DNA of 63,962 nt, the filler included, from Nemertoderma westbladi (Eukaryota; Animalia; Xenacoelomorpha), in NCBI GenBank assembly GCA_032718475.1. It is 3 parts of 3 records of this genome, joined end to end, with 100 filler letters (N's around TTAATTAATTAA, not from the genome) between each part and the next. Parts side by side here need not be neighbours in the genome. Positions count along the whole stretch, not along the records: positions 27,129 to 56,302 come from JAUCBJ010006336.1; positions 56,403 to 63,962 come from JAUCBJ010004783.1; 1 more part is not named here. One strand, given 5' to 3'. Made by a program: the position numbers and the translations under genes. Every line of letters starts with the position of its first letter. Position 1 is the first letter of the stretch. Below are positions 52,439 to 63,962 of this stretch, piece after piece. Below the pieces are notes generated by a model. That model did no database searches, had not been told where the DNA came from, and saw nothing but the letters and a program-made list of their open reading frames with translations.

Positions 52439-55400
52439 CATGTCTCGTAATATAGTGCCAAATTTTAATGATAGGTTAATGAAATGGTTTAATGATAATT
52501 ATATTTAAATGCCGTTTATTTCGTTTTGAATAATTTACATTATATTCAGATTACTGCACAACTGAACACAAAGGAATTATACATTTAACTCGAAATTATA
52601 TATTAATATAAATAACTGTGCTTATTGATAAAACTCAATTCAAATTTTAACTCATAATTTGTTAAAACGCCAGTGTATCAGGTATCTAATACTACCTCAA
52701 TAATATAATACTGTACTGTAGCACAGTACATGGTGCATCGGCACTAAGTACTATCGTAGTACAACATGCCTTGTGACAGGAGCCTGGTTGACAAGGGATC
52801 CCAACCGGGTTGACTAAAGTCAACCCGGTCGGGGTCCCTATGACGTTCTCTTCGCGTCGCCTTCTCTTCGGGATGTACTGACGGCCGAAGGCTCTGTAAA
52901 TAAGAGTTTCTGATGTTTGTTAATGTATAATAGGTCAGAATATAGTTGCTGGCAAAATGATTACAGCACAATCAGTATTAATTACGGCTGACGGTGAAAA
53001 CTGTTTATCGTTTGATTACATGTGACCATTAATATATATGTAAAGGGGGAAATATATTGCCCTTAGGCTAAAACGTTTGTTGGCCTCCAGTCGATACACT
53101 CATTGCCATGTGCTGGCCTCCTATTGGTCAGCTCATCACCCATGTATTTACCTCCCTTAGGCTTCTGCTAGCCTCTAGACCACTGAGGTGGATTGTAAGT
53201 CCTTCGCCGATTGATAAATTGCCCCCCCCCCCCCATTTATTGGTTGGAAATCTATAGCAGAATGGATCCACTAACACACCCCCCCCCCCATGCTATCTTC
53301 CTGGTGAGAAGATAGCATCAACTGTAAAGAGCGTTCCATTCCAGGGAATCCAATCTAGCATTGGATGTGGGGTGGGACTATCTTCTCTGGGACCAGTCTC
53401 CCAATCTGGCCCCACTGGGTCTGATCTTGCTACCCATCCTTGACACTCCTGCGAGCTAAGGCGTGTCAAGGTATATGGCGTCTCTATTTTAGATGATCGA
53501 CCCTTCCTCACACAATTTTAAATTGGGTACCGTTTTATCTGATCCGCCAGGCCCCAATTTCATCACTTATTCCGTATCTCATTAGTCCCATAGGACTCAT
53601 CCTCAACCCCGACTCGCTTCCCACGCTTCCTGCTTGTTGCAACCCTTACCACCCATCCTCACTTAATCCCACAGATATCACACACTGATGTTGTCCCATC
53701 AGCATTCTAGAAATTCCCCCCAGTTCCTTCCAGTAACCATCGCAACTCCTTGCCTATGTCGTCATCCTGTCTCAGGCACTTTCTATCCTCGCGCTGGTTC
53801 TTTAGCGTGGTCATCATGTGCAGTCACAAGTTGATTGATGTTGAGAAAGCCCCACCGAAATTCCTGGGCTTTCACCTCTGTACTGTCATTGCACCCACAT
53901 TCGCCCAATGCTCGAATACATATTACTTCTCCTGATCCGCTCATCTCATTGAAATGGCGTTCGAAGTGCCCGTGGAACTTACACTTTGCGCATCTGTGGC
54001 GTAGTTTTGGACAAGCACCCATGGCATGATTCGTGTCATGACAGTACTTGCACCTCGCCCCACTATCGAATCGGTACGAGTAGTTCTTTATTTGATGGGT
54101 ATGTCGCCCACAGTAGTCGCAGCCTTCTATTCCAGTCTGTCTCCCAAACTTATCCTTCTGGGTAGGTGTTAATTTTGGTCTGTAGAATCTTTGATAGGTA
54201 AACATCTCAATGTTCCCATCGCGACCCAAATCGATTTCAGCTTCCCCCTCGGCAGTGTCTCCCGAATACCACTTGTAGCACTGTTCCTGGTTGTTCTCCC
54301 AGCCTGATCGCCGCTGACGAGAAGTCGGTGACTGGTTGTTTTCCGTGTTCCCACGCCCGCTTGCCTGGGGCGTCCCAGAAACCTATTGCCCGACTGGCCA
54401 TCACCACTCTCCCACCCACCCAGTCTGTGTCCAAATCACCCTATTCTCTCTATCAGCAGCACCTCCCCGAACTCGTCCACTTCCATCCTCTCTATTGGGG
54501 GTGGTTTCAGACCCGGAATCACTTCCGTCTCCTTATATCCTCCTGGCACCCCCCAGCACCCGTTCTCACTCCCGGCTTCTTCCTCCTATAATCGCCCTCG
54601 GATCCCCCTGGTATTGGCATACTCTGCATCCCCGACGTCGATTGGATCGGCAACCCTTCCAGATAACCTTCTTCCGCCTTTTCTGTCCTCATACTGATAC
54701 TTGCTGGAAACATCACAGTTCCATTTCAACTCGTCCAGGTCCTGTATGCTGAACTCGTTCTCGTCCTCCCATCCATTTGCTATCGCCTCTCGTCCTGCCA
54801 CTTCCCTTCTTTCTCTCCCAGCGGCCTCCTCCTCACTCTGTTCCTCCTTCTGGTTCCTTCGGCTTCCTCTTTCTTCTCCCACCTCTGGTTTTTTCGGTGT
54901 CTCTACATTTCTATCCACTAGATGCCGAGTGTCATAGTACACCAACTCGCCCTTTCCTCCCGGGTGATCTACAAGACCTTCGAGAGCTGCCTCAAGGCTC
55001 TTCTATGGCTCAGTGGTGATCCTTGAAATAAGAAATCCCATCAGCTCTCGGCTGATAATCCACCGCCATAAACAGGTTCAGTAACCCGATCATTATCCAG
55101 TCCTCTTGTAGGATGTACCTTTTCTGGTACAGCTTGATTGTCCCCCGCTGGAAGCAATATAGTTCTCCCCACCTCAGTCTCGCTTTCCACTGAGAAGCGA
55201 ATCTGTCAGTTCCTCTCCGTATTCTTCTTGGAACTTCTTCCACTCCATCGGTTTATGAGACACGAGTCCCATCAGTTGTCCCATGGCCATGGCACCGTAC
55301 AGTCGCGTATTATACACCAGTCCCAGCCCCTCTGGTTTCGTCATAGTCATGTAGACTACTTGCATAGACAAAGACAAAGGCAAGACAAAGAAGTCTGTCC

Positions 55401-56302
55401 AACACCATAAATGCAGTGTATTGTTCCGTTCCAAAATCCACCCACATAAACTTGTTTACAATATTTTGCGAAATTTTTTAAATTTGCAGCTAAGGAACTT
55501 GGTTTCTATTTTTTATTCATATTTATATTTTTGTTCATATATTTACAAGTTTTAGCGGCACCAGTGGGCTGCAATTTCCTTGGAGTGTTTAAAACAATCA
55601 TTATATTTGTAATACGCAATAATTTTCATTGTCCGTTTAAATCACTCATGATGTCCTTTTTTTTACTTTTTATGTCCTCCAGAAATTTACCGTTAGGTTC
55701 CATGCTACCGGTTTCTCTACTGACGTTCTCTCAGGCTCTCAGTACCAGTATTAGTATATAGAGCACTATTTTGCAGTATTGCTGTATTGTATGTACAGAT
55801 GTAGGTATAAAGCAGGTATTTTAGGTATTTTAGTACCGGTACCGGCACCGGTACTGCTGTAGGCCTACTGTGTAGCCTACCATTTAAATACGGTAATGGT
55901 AGGCCTACCGGCCTTATTAATTTGAAATATAATTTAATTGAATTTATGGAATTTGAAATGTAAATCAATGATGCTGTCTCTTTAAGCTGTCGCATTCCCT
56001 CAAATGTTCATGACATAGTTTATTGTTATGTTCATGAGATAGTTTATTGTTTTGGTTAGAACATTCCGCCTCTGTAACCTGCTCCTTTCCCTGACTTGGT
56101 AAAGTGACCGTTTATTGTTTTGGTTAGAAAGGCCCGCCTCTGTAACCTGCTCCTTTCCTTCATTTAGTAAAGTGACTATTTATTGTTTTGGTTAGAAATT
56201 CCCGCCTCTGTAACCCGCTCCTTTCCTTCAATTAGTTCAATGATCGTGTATTGTTTTGGTTAGAAAATCCCGTCTCTGTAACCTGCTCCTTTCCTTGATT
56301 TG
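52439..56302. repeat. Tandem unit, copy 2 (cut by the gap)
   Basis: Differs from copy 1 by a 25-bp deletion near 53010 and a few SNPs. Confidence 0.97.
53293..55472 (-). pseudogene. Decayed zinc-knuckle ORF, copy 2
   Basis: Same stops and frameshifts as copy 1. Confidence 0.65.
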
Positions 56303-56402
56303 NNNNNNNNNNNNNNNNNNNNNNNNNNNNNNNNNNNNNNNNNNNNTTAATTAATTAANNNNNNNNNNNNNNNNNNNNNNNNNNNNNNNNNNNNNNNNNN
56401 NN
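56303..56402. other. Assembly gap with synthetic TTAATTAATTAA linker
   Basis: N-run with the same linker. Confidence 0.97.
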
Positions 56403-59400
56403 TCAAAGTGAGTGACTCAGGAGAAACAAGAAATATTACTACATTATAAGTCGACATGCGATATTTCGATCTAGGTCCCTATCTAGTATAAGCCGTTAAA
56501 ATTATTAATTTTGGGTTTAATTTGTAGGTGACGGTTTGCGATATCTTTGCTTCTTAGACGCAGTGGATTAGTTGAGTGTTTTATTTTAAGTCAAAATAAC
56601 GAAATGCACTTCGCTATTATTATTTTTATGGAATCGAGACAGTAGAAATTCCATTGGAACCTGACAGCACTTTCCCCAGACAATAGCACAGGCGCGGTCC
56701 AATCCACTTTGCGAGGCTTTAAGACGTCAAGGAATAAGCAAAGCGGTAAACGAATTTTATGAATTCTTAATAAACTCTGGGACTAACATTCTAGTCTTTT
56801 TGATTAAATAAAAGGTCCTTCATTTTTGATAAGTGGATTAAATGGAATTGTGAAATTTATCCATAATTTTCCACCGAATGCCCACCCTAGCGTGTATTTT
56901 TAGCCTGGAATATCCCAGCGTGACATAGACAGAGCTACGAGTACCATATGTTAGGTCCCCCCAGAACCAACACTATAGAAACAATCGCGTAATTCCCCCT
57001 AGGTGTTAAATAGGTCAGATTACTTAAAACCATTATACCCCTGATTCTACCTGCATAAGGAAATGGAACCCCCATGTCTGCTCTTTGATATAAGAAAATT
57101 ACCAGAGGCTATTTGATTCAGATCATTCCAGGAAAACTCGGGAATTTCGCTTTGTCCTGCGTTAATGAATTTTAAGTAGTCCCAATTATTCCTTAATTCT
57201 CTTTATTGGAACATAAAGGGCAAATGCCAATTTAAATTTGTCATCGAAATGCCAGATGAAAAAGGAATTTAACGCTCGCGTTCAAATAGTGTTATATATG
57301 ACGCCATCAAATATATAACTTTTGTTCCAGCCATCCAAAGATTGCCAAGTCATTGCCAATGTTACCTTAAAATTATTATACAAAACTGGACGGCGAATGC
57401 CTCTAATTATTTTGGGCAATCCAATTATTAATAGGAATTACCCCCACCCCCCCCCCCCCCCCCCCCCCCCATCTTTACCAATTCAAACATTTGAATTAGT
57501 TTATTCACTCTGGCGCTAATTTACGACTTACGAAATAATTGTAGTAACACTCTAAACGGTTGAGACGACGGGTGGTAAAAGGGGACTGCCGTAACAAATT
57601 ACATTTAATAAACAATGTTCCCCAGTCAAAATGACTCCATTATTAAACGGGTAACTTTTTACAGTTGGCCCGGACAAGCCGAATTTTTTCATAGAAAACA
57701 ATTGGTATGTGGTGCTACCACTGCCATAGGCTAGGCCGTTTCTTGTGTTCCGTTACGACCCACATAACATTCCGTAAACAAGAGTGGCCCACCCCTCTTC
57801 CTGTAAGTAGCCAAACTGTACGCAGTTAGAGGCCTTACTAATTAGCTTGCATAACCTGGAACCATTGTCCACGGGATTGCTAGACATGCTGGGCTCAGTT
57901 GCTTCCCTTCCCAACATTAATGAGGGTTTACGCCATGCTTAGGCTCTGTCATCTAAATTACACCTTTGCTTGACAGCAGCAAGGTGCCGTGGATAATTTG
58001 TTATTCAAGCGTTTAGAGTGATATAATAATGCTATACTGCGGGTACCTTCAGTGTAGTCAGATGTCGGTCGTTGAATTTTAATATAAGTTTATTTATATT
58101 TATTGAAAATGTCAAATACTTAATTTCTAACGAAGCGTTAGTGTTATTATTTAATTTACAATATTTAAGGGAAAGGAGCAGGTAACTTACAACTCCGATG
58201 TTTTCTAACCTAAACGATAAGCAAAAAACTCTATTTCACTTGATATCTATTTGCGCTGGCGGTTGAGATTACTTTTTAACTTGCAGCCAATTTGCGTCAC
58301 TATCATGTTTTACTTTCTAATTATAGTTTGTCGCTTGATTCTATATTATTTTAATATGGGGCATCAGCGATGTCGGACCACCAGCGATGGATGAGTTATA
58401 CGTTTGGTCTCCAGATCAAACATTTTCATGGGTGTAGGTGGGGCGGATAATTAATAGTGATAAATATAGCTATTTATTCTTCTTGCATGGACAACAAGTA
58501 ACTTTTTGCACTTCTGGGTGTATAATTTACCTCGCTTACTACAGGCTCGCTCGGAAAATCTAGGGGTCAGCGAGAAAAATTCTATTTTTTTCAGCTTAAT
58601 AAAATACAGTAGTTATTTATTTTTTATATACTTTTTGTTTACTTTTGAAGGCGCTTTTGAGCATTATTATGTTATTACCGACAACTATTGTTTAATATCC
58701 GCTTAACTGCCTGAAGGATATTAAATTCGTAACATTCTTGAGATGCAAAGAATTCCTAGTACAATTAGGGATTATTGGCGAGATCGAGTCATGTTTCAAA
58801 CTGAACATTCCCAAAGTACAATATCTAATACATATTGTACTACAGACGGACTTAGACTTGCAGACGGAAAGAGAACCACAGAACCCCATTAAATGAGTTC
58901 GCTTTGTTGTCTATCCCTGGGTCATCCCTAACAACCAAAGACATTAACACAACTTATATTTATGAGATTAATAAAATAAAAAGTGATATTTTTATTTGTT
59001 AATAAAGCTTTTCTAGTAGTCTATTATTAGTAATTTGTTTTATTGTTTTAAAGTTTTTTCATATTTTAGTTAAGTTAAGTTTTTATTTTTGATAAATTTA
59101 TTTATATTGTTTTCTGATACTCTTTATCCTCCTAAAAAAACTACGTGTAGCGATATGTTTGGAAGAATAATAACTATTTACATCATTGTGTGCAAAGTAG
59201 CTGCAGCTTTATGACCCGAGTTTATTTATGTACCAAGCGAGCGCAGCGAGGGAGGTTTACATAAATAAACAAGGGTCTTTAACGCTGAAAAGGGAAATGA
59301 TGTATGTAATTTTGTTACATTATGTCAACTTATCAGCGTTTGGTATGTGAAGAAAGGATTTTATGGATACTCATTTATACATTTTAATCATGTACTATGG

Positions 59401-60769
59401 AATATATGTGAAATTTATTATCAGGTACACAGTATTAATTATACATTTAAATCTAATTAAAATTTATTCTAAGTTATCTCCTGCATGGATGTGATAAATC
59501 ATTAATCCATCTTGACTAAAATAGTCAACTGAAGCAAACTTCAGTGTCCAACTGTCTGACTGTCTGTGTCCGTTCAGTTTTACTGAACACTGTTGTCATT
59601 TTCTTTGGTCATTTCTCTAAAATATCTTCTATTGTACTTTTCGACATAATGGATTGTATACAGTACACGTTAAACAATTATTATTTACATACACAGTAGC
59701 TAGTCCCGTCACTGTAAACTGGATCATAAAGCAGCATTCATTAACATAATGGAAATAATACATTCTGGAATACGGTAATTGAAGTTGTTTCCATGTCATT
59801 GATTATTTTGCAGCTTTCCGTCCTACAGGTAGCAACGCTGCAAAGTAGTCATTTGCAAGCGTTAGGAGTAATTCACCATAGAACGTTGTTAAGTTGACAT
59901 AATGTAACAAAGAAATTTGTAATTTCCTGAGAGTGTAAACCTTGGAATAATTGTTTGAAAGAATTACAGTTCCAAAGTTTACCCAATTTCAACCCGATTC
60001 AAACATTCCAAAAAACCCTAATATGCAAATGCAGTTTGTTTAGTTTTTCATTTTAATTTTTTGGTAAAAAATATTTGGTGTTCTAGAATATATTTAGACT
60101 GTCAATTTTAGAACACATAGGTAACGCATTACTTTCTTTCTTACAGTAGGCCTAGCTAGTAGAAAAATGAAAAAATCAGTTCCTGACTGTTTATAAATTT
60201 TTCTCAATATTTATCAATTACTATGTAGTCAAAAATTACCCACAAAATGCTATTTTTTAACGAACTGATATATTATACATTCATAATTTCTAAGTGTTTA
60301 CTTTTTTAACATTTATTTTCCTTACTATTGAATGACGAAGAATAATGTCGTTCTTAATGTAATGAACTATGAATTATTATTGTTTGAAAATCGTTAAATA
60401 TCTTCTCTACGGGCCAAAGTTTAAAAAGAGACGTGTTTTTATTTTTACCTTTCTCATGTAAGTTTGAGAATAAGAGATATAATTAAGTTTGCCTTTGGGT
60501 TACTAAGGTAATCGTAATGTATTTAAAACAATGAATTGTCATTTTGACTTAGCATTCTAGCTATAGTTGATTTTAAATTTTATATAGCTAGAAAAAGGCC
60601 AAAAAGTAGGGATTTTGAATAGGTAAATAAAACATCCTATGATATTGCATTGTTCTAAATTTATTTCTATTTATTTAGATGATTAATATTATGGTATAAT
60701 TCTCAGAAGATTTCATAATTCTACACGTTAGTTTAATAGTCAGTTCACAGAAACTCCGACGGTGGCGCA

Positions 60770-61475
60770 ATGAGTGGCCGTCGTAAACGCAGATTTATCT
60801 CGTCTACCCTGCGGGTTACCTGTATACTCTTATTAATGGTAATAATTCCAGACGATATTGAAGCGAGGCGGAAAGATAGATTCCGTGATTGGAGTAGAAA
60901 ACACCGACATAACACAACTGTATCGAATAAACCCTCCCCCACAACGTCGTGGTCACGACACCACGGCCGACGCCCATCAGACGCCGTAGCAACTTCTAAA
61001 CCTTCAAACAAACTAACAAACACATCGGCAGTCGTCGACGGACAGAGCTTACCGGCGGACTATACAGCTCGATCGAGGGGCCGATATCGGCCACGGCCGA
61101 CTGCGTGGCTACGGCCAACTCAGCCAAGTCCGATTCCGTCGCCACAACCGACTCCGGCCTCCCCCGTAGTCCCGTCGTCCACGGCAACAACCCCATTCCC
61201 CTCACAAACTGCGTCCCGGTTTACCGTGACAACGCCCGCACCACCCACAGACTCTGCGACAGAAACGCAAACTACGCAGCGCTCAGAATCTGCGTCGGAA
61301 ACGCAAACCACGCAGCGCTCGGACTCTTACAATGCAGACGAGGACGAGTTACGTAATCTCGCGTTTAGCAACAACTACTTACAGTTGTTAGAATTCCTAT
61401 CGGGTGCAATGAACGTAAATAGCGTTCAGTTTACAGAATTCCTAAGTCGCTGGTTTCGAATACTCGATATTGACG
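60770..61475 (+). CDS. Coding exon of a putative secreted Ser/Thr/Pro-rich protein
   Basis: Basic N-terminus, hydrophobic VTCILLLMVII, mucin-like tract; acceptor ttcacAG at 60750; donor GTGAGT at 61476. Confidence 0.7.
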
Positions 61476-61559
61476 GTGAGTTATATTATATTATATATAT
61501 TATATATTATTCACACCATCATAATAGACGTATGTAGAGAACGAAGAGAGTCCCACACG

Positions 61560-63600
61560 AAATGAAAACAAAGAAGTTGGTCCCTCCCCTACCCCAAAGA
61601 AGGGCAACCTCATCCTTTCTTTTCTGGGAATCTCGTTGATCTCGATTGCTGCAAAGCTATACAATATAATTCTATTAAATCGCATCAGGGGTCCCATTGA
61701 GAGACTGCTCCGTGGAGATCAGAATGGGTTCCGTAAAGGTCGTGGGACCATGGAGCCCATTTTGGCACTTAGAAGGATAATTGAAGAGTTATCAAAAAAG
61801 AAAGACAGGCATCTGGCTGTTATCTTTGTTGACTTCTTCAAGGCCTTTGATTCAGTCTCTCGCTCACGTATGTTCAGCATACTTTCATTATATGGGATTC
61901 CTGATGAAATTATTGCAGCAATCAGATCAGTATACGATGGTTCGACAACATTTGTGTCTACTGTTGACGGTGACACAGAACCATTTGAAGTGTTATGGGG
62001 CGTCCTCCAGGGAGACACACTTGTACCATTCTTGTTCATAATTGTGGTTGACTATTTTCTACGCTTGTCCTTAGATCATCATAATGATGATGGGGTGATG
62101 ATAACTCCACCTACTGGCTCCAGAAGTCGAGGAAATCCTGCCAAGTACCTAACTGATCTAGACTTTGCTGATGACTTAGGAGTACTCTCAGAATCACTAG
62201 AGGGAGCCCAACGGCTCCTCAACTCATTAGAACATGCTGCTTCTAGTGTTGGTCTTTTTATTAAAATCCAAGAAGACCAAAATTTTGACAATTAACTTTG
62301 AAAGTTCTCTCAAAGTATGGTATGCTTGAGCGTGTGGCTGTGAGCATATGTGACTTCTGCTACCTGGTAATTAGTCAGGTGAAGACCTTCGACTCGTATT
62401 TTTATAAGTTTTAACAGCCCATAGCATGGGCTAGATTGAATGGGCTTTCCAGGATTTGGAAATTACATATATAGTATACGTCGTAAACTTAATGTTCGAG
62501 TAGTAGAACCAGTACTCTTATATGGGAGTCCATGATGGGCTCTAACTGCTGAGGAGAACCAGTACTCTTATATGGGAGTCCATGATGGGCTCTAACTGCT
62601 GAGGAGAACCAGTACTCTTATATGGGAGTCCATGATGGGCTCTAACTGCTGAGGAGAACCAGTACTCTTATATGGGAGTCCATGATGGGCTCTAACTGCT
62701 GAGGAGAACCAGTACTCTTATGGGAGTCCATGCTGGGCTCTAACTGCTGAGGAGAACCAATACTCTTATATGGGAGTCCATGATGGGCTCTAACTGCTGA
62801 GGAGAACCAGTACTCTTATATGGGAGTCCATGATGGGCTCTAACTGCTGAGGAGAACCAGTACTCTTATATGGGATTCCATGCTGGGCTCTAACTGCTGA
62901 GGAGAACCAATACTCTTATATGGGAGTCCATGATGGGCTCTAACTGCTGAGGAGAACCAGTACTCTTATATGGGAGTCCATGCTGGGCTCTAACTGCTGA
63001 GGAGAACCAGTACTCTTATATGGGAGTCCATGCTGGGCTCTAACTGCTGAGGAGAACCAGTACTCTTCTATGGGAGTCCATGATGGGCTCTAACTGCTGA
63101 GTAGAACCAGTACTCTTCTATGGGAGTCCATGATGGGCTCTAACTGCTGAGGAGAACCAGTACTCTTATATGGGAGTCCATGATGGGCTCTAACTGCTGA
63201 GGAGAACCAGTACTCTTATATGGGAGTCCATGCTGGGCTCTAACTGCTGAGGAGAAGCAGTACTCTTCTATGGGAGTCCATGATGGGCTCTAACTGCTGA
63301 GGAGAACCAGTACTCCTCTATGGGAGTCCATGCTGGGCTCTAACTGCTGAGGATACCAAATCTATGGAGTAGAACCAGTACTCTTATATGGGAGTCCATG
63401 CTGGGCTCTAACTGCTGAGGAGAACCAATACTCTTATATGGGAGTCCATGCTGGGCTCTAACTGCTGAGGAGAACCAGTACTCCTCTATGGGAGTCCATG
63501 ATGGGCTCTAACTGCTGAGGACACCAAATCTATGGATGGCATATACTCAAGAATTATGCGCCGGGTTCATTGTGTCAAGTACAATGCACACATATGCTAA
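61560..63600 (+). mobile_element. Decayed RTE-like LINE, probably intronic, interrupted by a satellite
   Basis: GISLISIAAKLYN, QNGFRKGR, FVDFFKAFDSV, GVLQGDTL, DFADDL; homology resumes after 63520. Confidence 0.92.
62505..63520. repeat. 50-bp tandem satellite (AGAACCAGTACTCTTATATGGGAGTCCATGATGGGCTCTAACTGCTGAGG), about 20 copies
   Basis: Direct tandem units, one longer unit near 63352-63370. Confidence 0.97.
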
Positions 63601-63962
63601 CAGACACGAAATAATATTTAAAGTATGCGTAAAACTCTTTTTACCATCGCCCGTATATTATTTATAAGTAAAATTGCAAAAAAATTGTTAGAATTATACT
63701 TCTAAAACCCTACAAACATCATACTGCTGAACTTTTCAAAGTTAAACATTTTAAAGCTAAAAAATATCCTTCGTTTTCAGTGCGTAATATTTCGTATAAA
63801 TACAGAATGGGCCATTCTCTTTTGCCCATTGAACTAAAATCTAAACTTCTTATAAACCGAGATATTCATCACTTAAATACTCGATCACAAACTGATTACC
63901 ATTTACCAAGCTACAGAACAAATATTGCAAAGGCTACTGTACTATATCAATGCATGTCTTTA

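Noticed and set aside
61636-63520. RT next to a repeat array as a retron, DGR or CRISPR-RT system
   Set aside because: The RT is a broken RTE-type LINE and the array derives from its own coding sequence.

Overview
AT-rich, repeat-rich animal (invertebrate-like) genomic DNA. Two 100-nt N-gaps with a TTAATTAATTAA linker (27029-27128, 56303-56402) split it into three blocks whose adjacency is unproven. Host genes: the terminal exon of a Dicer, a complete two-exon transportin-3 (minus strand), the C-terminal TCP10/G-box part of CENPJ/SAS-4, two tandem divergent tetraspanins with uninterrupted CDSs, and one exon of a secreted Ser/Thr/Pro-rich protein. The rest is decayed LINEs (CR1/L2-like, RTE-like), a Merlin transposase remnant, SINEs, non-autonomous DNA transposons (hAT, piggyBac, Harbinger, Tc1/mariner and Helentron-like) and several satellites. 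Most unusual items: a 4.1-kb head-to-tail duplicated unit with a decayed triple zinc-knuckle ORF; a Helentron-like element with seven regularly spaced CTCF-like motifs; apparent Tc1/mariner excision footprints, one of them visible as an insertion against sibling repeats; and a 50-bp satellite amplified from inside a LINE RT coding sequence. No CRISPR array or prokaryotic system is supported. All calls are by eye, with no database searches.
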